Source: an uncultured Gammaproteobacteria bacterium
GTDB taxonomy: Bacteria; Patescibacteriota; Microgenomatia; CAZETR01; Amesbacteraceae
Reading direction: 5' to 3'
Assembly: GCA_964633995.1 (NCBI GenBank)
Contig: CAZWKN010000001.1
Coordinates: 56,218-120,217 of the forward strand
Length of the DNA: 64,000 bases
Every line of letters starts with the position of its first letter. Position 1 is the stretch's first letter. A program made the translations under genes and the position numbers. Below, one piece after another: positions 35,399-44,910 of the stretch. Below the pieces are notes generated by a model that ran no database searches, was not told the origin of the DNA, and saw nothing but the letters and a program-made list of their open reading frames with translations.

Positions 35399-36583
35399 AT
35401 GGCAAAAGTGGAAGAAGAGTTGGCTGAAATTACCTGCGGCGTTGGAGCTGAAAATATGGGTAGGTATCGGGACTTGAGGTGTTTGGGAAGTTCAGTGTTG
35501 GCTATCGCAAACCAGGTCGATGGAGGTAGTGGTTCGATGGGTAATTTCTTTGCCGAACAGGATGTTTTAAGTAGATTTGGAAGAAGTATTGGCAGGAGTG
35601 ATCCTTTGTCCAGGGCAGTATTGGTATCTATGGTTGCTGCCCAAAAGGGTAGGGTATTGGGTGGGAGTAGGGCTTGGCAATTGTTGACGAATTGGTTTGA
35701 CAGGTCGACGGCAGGATTTTTGTTGGAAGCAAAAGAAATGTTGGATGAAGTAAAACCCAGAATGAGTGGAGCGTTTACTCGCGTATCAGAAACTCAGTTG
35801 AGAGATACTAGTGAATCTTTATTACGATCACCAGTAAAAACAGAGCTTTTAGCTGTGTTGGGTCTGAACGGTTGTGGAAAATCGACAATGGTTGGGGCAT
35901 TAGTAGAATTTGGAATAAGATTGGGCATAGGGGTATCAACGGTAAAGTTTCCTCGGGATGGTGAAGTGGGTACGGTTATAAAGAAGCGATTATCTGGAGG
36001 GACGTCGCTAGACGGAGCAGCATTTCAGATGTTATTTTTGGCCGATTTATTTGATTATTTAGCTAATATTGATCTGAGTAGGCCTTTATGTGTGGCAGAT
36101 CGACTAGCGATGTATGATGGACAAGTATATAGTCCTGAAGTTACTCGCTTGTTGAGCTTGTACGCAATGGAAGCGTTGGATTTGCCGGTTACTGCGCTAG
36201 TTGTTGATAGACATCCGGGATTGTGTCACGAAAGAGTTTTGAAAAGGGAAAATAAACCGCGAGTGTTTGAACAAGGTGTGAAGCAAATGGCGCTGCAGCA
36301 AGTTGAGTTTTGGCGATTGTTGGGTTTGCCTGGGGTGCATTTGTTGAATGTGGATGTAGCTGATCCGTCTGCCGAAGGTCAGGTGGCTTGGGCAAAATAT
36401 AATGTTGTTAACTCTGCGGCAAGAGCAGGAGTTTGGCAGAGGGCGTTGATGCGATCCGGTATGGCAGGCAATTTGTCAACGGCTGATGGGATGGTGTTTG
36501 ACCAGGTGCACGGATATTTTATGGATATGATGTTTGGACCGGATGGAAATTATTTGTACGGAAGCGATGCGCAAGAGGTATAA
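35399..36583 (+). CDS. Second thymidylate-kinase-like P-loop protein with long N-terminal extension
   Basis: GLNGCGKST, VKFPR, MLFLAD, VADR, RVFE. Confidence 0.6.
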   Translation: MAKVEEELAEITCGVGAENMGRYRDLRCLGSSVLAIANQVDGGSGSMGNFFAEQDVLSRFGRSIGRSDPLSRAVLVSMVAAQKGRVLGGSRAWQLLTNWFDRSTAGFLLEAKEMLDEVKPRMSGAFTRVSETQLRDTSESLLRSPVKTELLAVLGLNGCGKSTMVGALVEFGIRLGIGVSTVKFPRDGEVGTVIKKRLSGGTSLDGAAFQMLFLADLFDYLANIDLSRPLCVADRLAMYDGQVYSPEVTRLLSLYAMEALDLPVTALVVDRHPGLCHERVLKRENKPRVFEQGVKQMALQQVEFWRLLGLPGVHLLNVDVADPSAEGQVAWAKYNVVNSAARAGVWQRALMRSGMAGNLSTADGMVFDQVHGYFMDMMFGPDGNYLYGSDAQEV

Positions 36584-36590
36584 TTTTGCA

Positions 36591-37778
36591 ATGGACGACG
36601 TGGTGTTTGGGTTGATTGAAAAAGAACAGCGAAGACAGGGGGAGACGCTGGCTATGATTCCTTCTGAAAATTATGTTAGCAAACAAGTGCTCAGGGCTCA
36701 GGGTTCAGGGCTTGGTAACAAATACTCTGAAGGGTATCCCGGAAGACGGTATTATCAGGGTAATAAAATAATTGATGAAATCGAGAATTTAGCCATAGAA
36801 CGAGCTAAAAAGTTGTTCAATGTGGATTATGTAAATGTCCAACCCTATTCGGGTAGTCCGGCGAATTCGGCAGTGCTGATGGCTCTTTTGGAACCCGGAG
36901 ACAAAATAATGGGTTTGAAATTGTCAGGCGGCGGACACCTGACACATGGGCACCCTAAAGTAACTTTTTCAGGAAAATTTTTTAATTCGGTGCAGTATGA
37001 TGTAAATTCTGATGGGTGGATTGACTATGATGAGGTAGAAAAATTGGCGAAAGCAGAAAAACCCAAATTAATGATAATTGGAACGACTGCGTATCCTAGA
37101 ATATTTGATTTTAAGAGATTTAAGGAAATCGCGGATGGGGTGGGTGCAAAGGTTTTGGCTGATATTTCTCATATTGCGGGACTTGTGGTGGGTGGAGTGC
37201 ACCCTAGCCCGGTAGGGTTTGCCGATGTAATTACCACCACAACCCATAAGACTTTACGGGGGCCGAGGGGGGCGATGATTATGACAAATGACGTTGAACT
37301 GGCGAAAAAAATTGACAAAGCAGTGTTTCCCGGACTGCAGGGTGGACCACACAATAATACGACGGCGGCGATTGCTGTTTGCTTGGGTGAAGCCGCAACG
37401 CCAGAATTTACATACTATGCAAAGCAGGTGGTAAATAATGCGAAGGCTTTGAGTGAAGAACTCGTGAAACTTGGGTTTAAATTGACTACGGGTGGGACGG
37501 ATAATCATTTGATGGTTATCAATTTGGGTGGTGGAGGTAAGGATGCGGCTGAGGATTTGGAAAGGTCGGGAATAATTGTAAATTATAATACCGTGCCGCA
37601 TGATCCCAACCCCCCCGCTAATCCATCGGGAATCCGACTAGGAACTCCGGCTTTGACTACCAGGGGGATGAAGGAAGGCGAGATGAGAGACATCGCCCAG
37701 ATGATATTTGAGGTGATTAAAAACAAGAAACAGGTTAGTGTGTTGGAGTTGTGCAGAAAATTTCCATATGATTTTTGA
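36591..37778 (+). CDS. glyA: Serine hydroxymethyltransferase
   Basis: NKYSEGYPGRRYY, GGHLTHG, TTTTHKTLRGPRG. Confidence 0.97.
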   Translation: MDDVVFGLIEKEQRRQGETLAMIPSENYVSKQVLRAQGSGLGNKYSEGYPGRRYYQGNKIIDEIENLAIERAKKLFNVDYVNVQPYSGSPANSAVLMALLEPGDKIMGLKLSGGGHLTHGHPKVTFSGKFFNSVQYDVNSDGWIDYDEVEKLAKAEKPKLMIIGTTAYPRIFDFKRFKEIADGVGAKVLADISHIAGLVVGGVHPSPVGFADVITTTTHKTLRGPRGAMIMTNDVELAKKIDKAVFPGLQGGPHNNTTAAIAVCLGEAATPEFTYYAKQVVNNAKALSEELVKLGFKLTTGGTDNHLMVINLGGGGKDAAEDLERSGIIVNYNTVPHDPNPPANPSGIRLGTPALTTRGMKEGEMRDIAQMIFEVIKNKKQVSVLELCRKFPYDF

Positions 37779-38526
37779 CGGAGTAAAGTTCGCCAGACAA
37801 ATTGAGGAGGAGTTGCCTAGAAAGAAGAAAAAATTGGTGGTATTTGTAGATCCTGAAAACATGGCCGGGATGAAATATGTGGAGATGAAATGGAAGATGG
37901 CGGAACGACTTGGGGTAGAATTTGAGATAAAAAATCTAAATTCTAAAGTCGAAACTTCAAATAATATTAAGATTCTAATTTCAAAATTAAACGCGGATCC
38001 GGTTGTGGATGGGATAATGGTACAGTTGCCGTTTCCGAATTCTGATGAGTTGATAATGTTGATTGATCCTAAAAAAGATGTGGATGGGTTGAGGGAAGAT
38101 TCACCATTTGTGCCAGCAACTGTGAGGGCTGTGGTCGAAATTTTGAATTACTCTTTTAGTACCTCACCCTTACATCCCTCTCCTGAATTCAGGAGAGGGA
38201 ATGAGGGAGAGATTGTAATTGTGGGCAATAAAGGCTCGGTTGGTAGCGGGCTAATGAAATGGATTCCTGGTGCAATTGGAATGGATAAGGAAGACTTTGA
38301 CCCTTCGGCATTGCTCAGGGCAAGTGTGATCATTTCGGCTACTGGACAGCCGGGGTTGATAACGAAAGAGATGGTTAAAGATGGTTTTGTGGCAATTGAT
38401 GTAGGGTACCCAAAACCTGAATTTACACAAGAAGCGTTGGCAAAGGCTAGTTTTTTTACTCCAGTGCCAGGTGGAGTAGGCCCGGTAACGGTGGCGATGT
38501 TATTTAAAAATTTGTTAGAGGTTTAG
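37768..38526 (+). CDS. folD: Methylene-THF dehydrogenase/cyclohydrolase with repeat insertions
   Basis: DGIMVQLP, KDVDG, IDVG, TPVPGGVGPVTVAML. Confidence 0.9.
   Translation: MIFDGVKFARQIEEELPRKKKKLVVFVDPENMAGMKYVEMKWKMAERLGVEFEIKNLNSKVETSNNIKILISKLNADPVVDGIMVQLPFPNSDELIMLIDPKKDVDGLREDSPFVPATVRAVVEILNYSFSTSPLHPSPEFRRGNEGEIVIVGNKGSVGSGLMKWIPGAIGMDKEDFDPSALLRASVIISATGQPGLITKEMVKDGFVAIDVGYPKPEFTQEALAKASFFTPVPGGVGPVTVAMLFKNLLEV
38161..38211. repeat. Palindromic REP-like element inside folD
   Basis: Perfect 26-bp palindrome TCCCTCTCCTGAATTCAGGAGAGGGA (38175-38200), also at 52005-52030. Confidence 0.92.
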
Positions 38527-38533
38527 AAATAAT

Positions 38534-39946
38534 ATGAGTGACGCGATGGAGACTGTGATGGAACAACGTTCGCAAGAACGAAGAGTGGATACCTTGAGGC
38601 CGGGGTCGTTGAATTTTTGGCGCGGAAAGGTGGGTGAAAAAACGCGGGGATTTATGGAGCGAATGGAAGTGGCAGGTGAGGTGTTTGATACCTGCGTGAA
38701 AGAGTTGGTGGATATGACCATGAATCTGGAGGAGAAGAGCCTGCGTGATTGGATGACAGGAAGTTTGCAGCGGGGGCCATTTTTAAAAGAAGTGGGGATA
38801 ATGGCCCAACTTTCAACTGGTCATCCTGAAGAAAAGGGGTGTTTGGCGGTGATGGACTTGGATAATTTTGGAAAATTGGTGGCCAAGAGAGCACCTGATG
38901 GTAAGTTGACAAAGACAGATATTGATAAGCAGGCTGATGACACATTAAGAGAATTAGTGAAACTAATTAATGGATTACAAAAAAGAAAATTGGAAGCACC
39001 GGGTGGAGAAGCGTGGAAGAACGTCAAATTGGGAAGATTGGGTGGCGAGGAGTTTGGAATACTTATTGGAAATGCCAGTAAGGCTCAAGTCGGTGAGATG
39101 TTGGAAGAGATTAGAAAAGAGATTGAGTCGGAATTGGCAAAAAAATCGAATGTCCCGGGCGTAGACAAGTTGACTGCTAGTTTTGGGGTGGTAATGCTAG
39201 ATGAAAATGTGGAGGTTTCTGATGCGATGAGACAAGCGGATACAGCCTTGTATTTGGCAAAAGAACAAGGAAAAAACAGAGTGGTTTTTGTTGGCGAAAT
39301 CGGGCAAGAAAAAGTTGTGTCGTCAAACCGGACGGTTGAAAGAAAACAAGTGGTTTTGGAAACGTCTAAGAGGCGAAAACAAATGTTGGCGGATGAGATT
39401 GAAAAAGGTTTGCGCAGTCGGCCATTTGAGTACGCGGAGACATTGGTGAATAGGTTGGCGCAATTGGAACAAAATTCATTTTTAGATAGTTTGACCGGAG
39501 TTTTGCATCGGGGGGCGGGTGACCAAGTGATTATGGACATGATCCGGCATGCGTCTACTATAAATGGGGATGAGGTGCGAGTGGTGGTGATGGATATCAA
39601 TAATTTTAAGGGAATTAATACGGAGAAGGGACATGATGGTGGGGATAAGGTGCTTAAGGAAACAGCAGATGTTTTGCGGGAAGTGGCGGTTTTGGTGGCT
39701 GGTGAGGGTGCGGTGGTTATCCGGTGGGCTCCTGGGGGGACATTTGTAATTGTGGGAGCTCATGGAAAAATGGCGGAAGCCGAGGTAGTTGACCGGATAA
39801 AATCGCTTGTAAAGCAAAAAGTGGGAGTAGGGTCTGATGTAGTGATGGCTAATGTGTCAGGTTTACTTACCTCATCTGATGTGGCTAACGCTGTTGGAAA
39901 TGCTTTGGGTGAAGAGAAGAGAAAAAGGAAGGCAAAAGTTGAGTAA
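38534..39946 (+). CDS. Tandem GGDEF protein (first domain intact, second degenerate)
   Basis: DWMTG..DLDNF..RLGGEEF..ADTALYLAKEQGKNR; second domain DSLTG..DINNFKGIN..GHDGGD..RWAPGGTF. Confidence 0.85.
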   Translation: MSDAMETVMEQRSQERRVDTLRPGSLNFWRGKVGEKTRGFMERMEVAGEVFDTCVKELVDMTMNLEEKSLRDWMTGSLQRGPFLKEVGIMAQLSTGHPEEKGCLAVMDLDNFGKLVAKRAPDGKLTKTDIDKQADDTLRELVKLINGLQKRKLEAPGGEAWKNVKLGRLGGEEFGILIGNASKAQVGEMLEEIRKEIESELAKKSNVPGVDKLTASFGVVMLDENVEVSDAMRQADTALYLAKEQGKNRVVFVGEIGQEKVVSSNRTVERKQVVLETSKRRKQMLADEIEKGLRSRPFEYAETLVNRLAQLEQNSFLDSLTGVLHRGAGDQVIMDMIRHASTINGDEVRVVVMDINNFKGINTEKGHDGGDKVLKETADVLREVAVLVAGEGAVVIRWAPGGTFVIVGAHGKMAEAEVVDRIKSLVKQKVGVGSDVVMANVSGLLTSSDVANAVGNALGEEKRKRKAKVE

Positions 39947-39963
39947 TGGTGTAAAATTTGAAC

Positions 39964-41271
39964 ATGGATGTTGACGTTGAAGGAGCTGGCAAACTGGTAA
40001 AAGTTGACCCTAAGGTTGGGGGGCTGGAATTGGGCAAAAAATTGGATACGCTGCTAGGAGAAGGGTTTAATTTTGAAAGCCAGGCTTTGGAAGCTCAAAA
40101 AAAGCTTGATGGAACAGATATGGGTCAGACCGAAGCAGTTAAGTTTTTAAAAGATTCGGCGTTGTGGAGATGTAGGCAGGAGTTGATTGATTTTGATCCA
40201 GATGCGAATGAGGAGATTATCTTGAAGGTTGACAAAAAACTTAAGGAAGATAGAGATTTACAGAATGAAGTATTAGGGGTGTTGAGGAGTTTTAAAAAGA
40301 GAAGAATGAAGCACTTGGCAGTAAGTGATGTGACCATTGCTAAGGCTGTCGAAAGAAACGATCCCAAACAGCCCCGGGGACACATTGAAGCTGTGGTTGC
40401 TGAGCTTGATGGTATTCCTGAAGGAGCTGGTTTGTTGGGTTGGGCCGTAGAAACTCACGATGATGCAAAATATGCAGTGGCAGATGGGAAGGAAGTGTTT
40501 TTACTGGGTTTACATGAGACAGCAAGTGGGGTATTGGCTTATTCGGAGATCAAAGCAATATTGGAGGATTCTGAAGTCCGGCAGAGATTGGATATAAAAA
40601 ATGATCAGGAAGCTGATGCGGTGGCTAAGTTTATTGGCAGAGCAGTTTTGGGACATGGATATGAGGAGTTTCCAAAAAAAATGTCCAGACCGATAGCTGG
40701 AGAAGACGAGGTGAGGTTATTGTTTGGGCGAGAGTTGTACGTGGAGAATTATAAGCCACCCCAAAACGGAACATTGAGAGAAATATATGAGGGGGTGGGG
40801 GAGGCGGACATGATGGCAGGCGTAAGACTGGACTCTTTGGTTAAATATCATTACGAAGCCCTGATGACAGGTAATTATTTTGGGAATAATACGTCGGCCG
40901 ATTATTTACTTAGTTTTGCCCCGACGGTGGTCGATTATCAGATGGATATGCCGAAGAATTTAGGATTGCTTGAAAAAAATAAACCAGCAGTATGCAGGTC
41001 AGTTTTGATAATGATGTTGGCTGAAAAAATGAAGGGTTCAGATGAATGGGATGGAGTGGTATCCTCACTTTTGTCCAGCGGCGTGGATACGAATAGCATT
41101 TTGGGTAAATTTCAAGAAATGGGAGAGGTGTTTGGTGCGGACAAAAACAAGCATTTTGAATTGTTTGTAGGTGTGATAAGCGATCTAAATCAGGTCTCTG
41201 ATGAGGTTATTACACAATGTGTCGACCCAAACATTGTCAAGATGGCTCAAAAACGATTGGGTGTGGCGTAA
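39964..41271 (+). CDS. HD-domain phosphohydrolase-like protein
   Basis: GHIEAV...THDDAK...LHE...GHG...EAD metal-ligand order. Confidence 0.55.
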   Translation: MDVDVEGAGKLVKVDPKVGGLELGKKLDTLLGEGFNFESQALEAQKKLDGTDMGQTEAVKFLKDSALWRCRQELIDFDPDANEEIILKVDKKLKEDRDLQNEVLGVLRSFKKRRMKHLAVSDVTIAKAVERNDPKQPRGHIEAVVAELDGIPEGAGLLGWAVETHDDAKYAVADGKEVFLLGLHETASGVLAYSEIKAILEDSEVRQRLDIKNDQEADAVAKFIGRAVLGHGYEEFPKKMSRPIAGEDEVRLLFGRELYVENYKPPQNGTLREIYEGVGEADMMAGVRLDSLVKYHYEALMTGNYFGNNTSADYLLSFAPTVVDYQMDMPKNLGLLEKNKPAVCRSVLIMMLAEKMKGSDEWDGVVSSLLSSGVDTNSILGKFQEMGEVFGADKNKHFELFVGVISDLNQVSDEVITQCVDPNIVKMAQKRLGVA

Positions 41272-41317
41272 AAAAAAATTTGTTGACAGAAAATGGGGTT
41301 ATATATATACTGCGACT

Positions 41318-41422
41318 ATGTTTGATGGCGGGTTACCAGGTGAGTCTGATGCCGATTTCTCAAGCGGGTTGCGAAAAAAGAGGATTGAGAAGATAGTTGA
41401 GAAGAGGAAACCCCAGAAATAG
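41318..41422 (+). CDS. Putative 34-aa small protein
   Basis: TTGACA-17 nt-TATACT ends 6 nt before ATG 41318. Confidence 0.4.
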   Translation: MFDGGLPGESDADFSSGLRKKRIEKIVEKRKPQK

Positions 41423-41469
41423 AATTAAATTGTTGCAATAGAGCGGGAAGCGGGTTAGAATACAGTCTG

Positions 41470-41539
41470 TTTAATTCACACTTCGCCGGGGGTTCTCCTG
41501 AATTTAATCTGGCGGAGGAGGTATAAGGAGAACAATCAA
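41470..41539 (+). promoter_or_regulatory. Structured rpsB leader (possible S2 autoregulatory element)
   Basis: CTTCGCCGG...CTGGCGGAG stem after CACAC; SD AAGGAG. Confidence 0.45.
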
Positions 41540-42244
41540 ATGCAAGAAATAACACTAAAAGATTTGTTGGAGGCCGGATGTCATTTTGGACATCAGTCGA
41601 GACGGTGGAATCCTAAAATGGCTCCGTATATCTACGGAGAGAAGGACAAGGTTCATATTTTTGATTTGGCGAAGACTAAGGCGGGCTTGGATGAGGCGTG
41701 CGAGGTTTTGAAAAAGATTGTGGCCGAGGGTGGGAAGGTATTGTTTGTAGGAACCAAGAGGCAGGCTGCGGACTTTGTAAAATCTGAGGCTATTAGAGCT
41801 GGTATGCCGTATGTTACTCAGACTTGGATGGGGGGCATGATGACAAATTTTGGCCAGTTGACCAAGAGTGTGAACAAAATGAAGGATTTGAAGGCAAAAC
41901 GCGCAGCCGGGGAGCTCAAGAAATATACCAAGCACGAGCAACTACTTATTGATCGAGAGATTGCAAAGCTCGAGAAATTTTTGGGGGGAGTCTCGGATAT
42001 GGACTCACTTCCCCAGGCAATGTTTGTAGTCGATACACATAAAGAAGATGTGGCCGTCAAAGAGGCTGTCAGAGCAGGCATTCCGGTTATAGGGATGGTG
42101 GATACAAATGGAGATCCCACGGTGGTGGATTACGTGATTCCTGTTAATGATGATGCGGTAAAGTCGATAGAGCTAATAGTAAAAGCGGTAGCAGACACTA
42201 TATTAAGTACTAAGGGGAGAAAGGCCAAAAAAGATGAAAGTTAA
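41540..42244 (+). CDS. rpsB: 30S ribosomal protein S2
   Basis: LLEAGCHFGH, WNPKM, VDTN, NDDA. Confidence 0.98.
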   Translation: MQEITLKDLLEAGCHFGHQSRRWNPKMAPYIYGEKDKVHIFDLAKTKAGLDEACEVLKKIVAEGGKVLFVGTKRQAADFVKSEAIRAGMPYVTQTWMGGMMTNFGQLTKSVNKMKDLKAKRAAGELKKYTKHEQLLIDREIAKLEKFLGGVSDMDSLPQAMFVVDTHKEDVAVKEAVRAGIPVIGMVDTNGDPTVVDYVIPVNDDAVKSIELIVKAVADTILSTKGRKAKKDES

Positions 42245-42686
42245 TATTGAGGATATCAAGAAACTGAGAGAGCAAACGGGGGCTGGTGTGTCAGATTGCA
42301 GAGCAGCTTTGGAGGAGGCAAAAGGGAAATTTGATGAGGCGATTGAGATAATTAAGAAATTAAGTCTTGACCGGGCAGCCAAAAAGACAGAGAGGGAAGT
42401 TAAGGCGGGATATGTCTTTTCGTATATTCATCACACTGGTCGGGTGGGGGCCGTTTTGGGACTGGCTTGTGAAACAGATTTTGTGGCTAAGACGGATGAT
42501 TTTATGCATTTGGGTAAGGAGTTGGTTATGCAAATTGCCGCTTCAAATCCAGCGAACGTAGAGGAATTTTTGGATAGTGAGTATATGCGGGATGGTTCCA
42601 AAAAAGTGTCAGAAGTAATTAAATCGGTCATTGGGAAGCTTGGGGAAAACATTCAGATATTGGACTACAAGGTTGTGGTAATATAA
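42234..42686 (+). CDS. tsf: Elongation factor Ts, short form
   Basis: IKKLREQTGAG, CETDFVA, LGENI. Confidence 0.93.
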   Translation: MKVNIEDIKKLREQTGAGVSDCRAALEEAKGKFDEAIEIIKKLSLDRAAKKTEREVKAGYVFSYIHHTGRVGAVLGLACETDFVAKTDDFMHLGKELVMQIAASNPANVEEFLDSEYMRDGSKKVSEVIKSVIGKLGENIQILDYKVVVI

Positions 42687-42694
42687 TAAGTGAG

Positions 42695-43249
42695 ATGGAT
42701 TTGGCGGAAGTAAAATCGAAGATGCAGAGGGTGATTGAGTTTGTGAAGTCTGATGTGATGACGATTAGGACAGGGCGGGCAAACCCGGCTTTGGTGGAAA
42801 ATGTGGTAATAGGCGCATATGGCGGCACTGCAAAGATGAAGGTGTTGGAATTGGCCACGATTACTGTTCCTGAAGCGCAAACTTTGGTGATTACACCTTA
42901 TGACACCTCGATAATCGGAGATATTCGAAGGGATTTGGAAGCTGCGAATTTGGGTATACTGCCAGTGATAGACAATAGTGTAATCAGGATGACGTTTCCT
43001 CCGTTAACTACTGAGCGAAGACAGGAGTTTGTGAAGATGCTTCATGTCAAGCTTGAGGATGGTCGGGTGAAGGTGAGGCAAGTTAGGCATGAAATGATGG
43101 GGGAGTTAAAGCGGGATTTTGAGGCTAAATTGTTGATAGAGGACGAACGAAAAAGGGTCGAGGAAGAGCTGCAGAAATTGACGGATAAGATGATGGAAGA
43201 GATTGAGGTGATCGGTAAGGCCAAAGAGGCAGATTTGACCAAAATATAA
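42695..43249 (+). CDS. frr: Ribosome recycling factor
   Basis: IRTGRANP, PPLTTERR. Confidence 0.96.
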   Translation: MDLAEVKSKMQRVIEFVKSDVMTIRTGRANPALVENVVIGAYGGTAKMKVLELATITVPEAQTLVITPYDTSIIGDIRRDLEAANLGILPVIDNSVIRMTFPPLTTERRQEFVKMLHVKLEDGRVKVRQVRHEMMGELKRDFEAKLLIEDERKRVEEELQKLTDKMMEEIEVIGKAKEADLTKI

Positions 43250-43269
43250 GCCTGTAGTAAAATGGAGTT

Positions 43270-43494
43270 GTGAGCTCGATTGATTCACTACATCGCTTTG
43301 AAATGAAACGAAATTTTGGGCCTATGGTCGCTCTTGCCGTGCTATCTCTTCCTTTGGTCGCGCTACTGTGCAATTACACTACACAAATTATTGTTGCATC
43401 GAGCTTTTTTGATAAACAAACAAATTGTGAAGTTGCTGCACGGGCTGCAGGACTTGTGGTGAGTATGGTTTGTGGTGGTAGTGTTACGCCGTAA
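43270..43494 (+). CDS. Small hypothetical membrane/secreted protein
   Basis: TAAAAT 6 nt upstream of GTG; hydrophobic segment. Confidence 0.45.
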   Translation: MSSIDSLHRFEMKRNFGPMVALAVLSLPLVALLCNYTTQIIVASSFFDKQTNCEVAARAAGLVVSMVCGGSVTP

Positions 43495-43514
43495 TTTTTG
43501 GTAGACTGGGGGAC

Positions 43515-44654
43515 ATGGCAACGTTTGTAATCTTTTTGGGACTTTTGTCTATTTTGGTTTTGATACATGAGTTGGGTCATTTTGTGGCGGCTAGGTTGTT
43601 TGGAGTGAAAGTGGAGGAGTTTGCTTTTGGATTACCGTTTACACCGCCGATTTTTAAGATAAAAAAGGGAGAGACCCAATATTCCATTTACCCTTTGGTG
43701 TTTGGTGGGTTTGTAAGGCTCCATGGAGAGGACCGTGAGGGGGACGATAAGAAACGATCATTTTGGAACAGGGGTAAAAAACAGAGATTGATGGTGATAC
43801 TTGCGGGAGTGATTATGAATGTAGTTTTGGGTTTTTCCGGCTTTATGATTTTGTATGGCATGGTTGGGGTTCCTGTGGCCAAAAAAGACAAAGTTACCAT
43901 TACTCAGGTCATTTTGGGGTCCCCGGCTGAAAAGGCGGGGGTAAGGGAAAATGACAGGATTTATTCAGTCGAAGGAAAAGAGATTGTGACCCTTGAGGAG
44001 TTTTCGAGACTAATGAAGTCGTGGGCCGGACTTACCGTCAATCTGGTGGTTGAACGAGGGACGACTACGCCTTTGTTTGAGGGTATTGCTGAAAAAAAAG
44101 TGGAAAGAAAGGCAATAGTGGTAACACCACGAGTCAATCCGCCTGCCGGTGAGGGAGCTTTGGGGGTGGGGATTGCCGCCTTCCCGTATTTGGAAACAAA
44201 AAAAGTCGGAGAGGTTTCCGGAGTTGAATTTGTAAAATTGGCGGTCGGGCAAAGTTTGGATAGCACTAAAATTTGGATGGGGAGAATCGTAGATGGACTT
44301 CGTAGTATTGGCCAGAGTTTGTCGAGAGGTAAAGCCCCGGAAGGGGTGTCCGGGCCGGTGGGAATTTATAAACTAACCGAGGTGGTTATCGCGGAAGGAT
44401 TGGCTCCGCTTCTGGAGCTTATGGCTATATTGTCGATTAATCTTGCGGTGTTTAATGTATTACCGATTCCAGCTTTGGATGGAGGTAGAGCACTGTTTAT
44501 AATTTTAGAGTGGGTAATGAAAAAACGAATTTCAGCTGCTACTGAACAAAAAGTTAATTCGTGGGGCATGGCGTTTTTGCTAGGACTTATGGTTTTGATA
44601 TCACTGCAGGATGTGGTGAGGTTGGGGTTTTTGGATAAACTAGTGGGGAAGTAG
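43515..44654 (+). CDS. rseP: RIP metalloprotease RseP (M50 + PDZ)
   Basis: HELGH, GGFVRL, GSPAEKAG, NVLPIPALDGG. Confidence 0.93.
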   Translation: MATFVIFLGLLSILVLIHELGHFVAARLFGVKVEEFAFGLPFTPPIFKIKKGETQYSIYPLVFGGFVRLHGEDREGDDKKRSFWNRGKKQRLMVILAGVIMNVVLGFSGFMILYGMVGVPVAKKDKVTITQVILGSPAEKAGVRENDRIYSVEGKEIVTLEEFSRLMKSWAGLTVNLVVERGTTTPLFEGIAEKKVERKAIVVTPRVNPPAGEGALGVGIAAFPYLETKKVGEVSGVEFVKLAVGQSLDSTKIWMGRIVDGLRSIGQSLSRGKAPEGVSGPVGIYKLTEVVIAEGLAPLLELMAILSINLAVFNVLPIPALDGGRALFIILEWVMKKRISAATEQKVNSWGMAFLLGLMVLISLQDVVRLGFLDKLVGK

Positions 44655-44678
44655 GTTTGGGTGTAAAATACGTATGGT

Positions 44679-44909
44679 ATGGGGAAAAGAAGAATCGCTG
44701 AAGGATATGCGAGGGACAAAGAGCGTCCATTGGTTGACTTTGTGACTCATTGCGGAAGAACGGACTGTTTTTTCGCCTGGATTTGTGTGCCGTTAAATTT
44801 GCTAAGGAGAATTGCCGCTATGGGTTGGTTTACTGACGAAGAGTTGCCTAGGTTGGAAGAACTTGCCGCGAAACAGTGTGGGGTGGCAAAGGATGATTTG
44901 AGATACTGA
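44679..44909 (+). CDS. Small Cys-containing hypothetical protein
   Basis: ORF fills the rseP-queA gap. Confidence 0.45.
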   Translation: MGKRRIAEGYARDKERPLVDFVTHCGRTDCFFAWICVPLNLLRRIAAMGWFTDEELPRLEELAAKQCGVAKDDLRY

Positions 44910-44910
44910 G

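Noticed and set aside
42234-43249. Short tsf and absent pyrH (also no mreC/mreD after mreB) as pseudogenisation
   Set aside because: Motifs are intact; consistent with ordinary genome streamlining, and the genes may lie elsewhere
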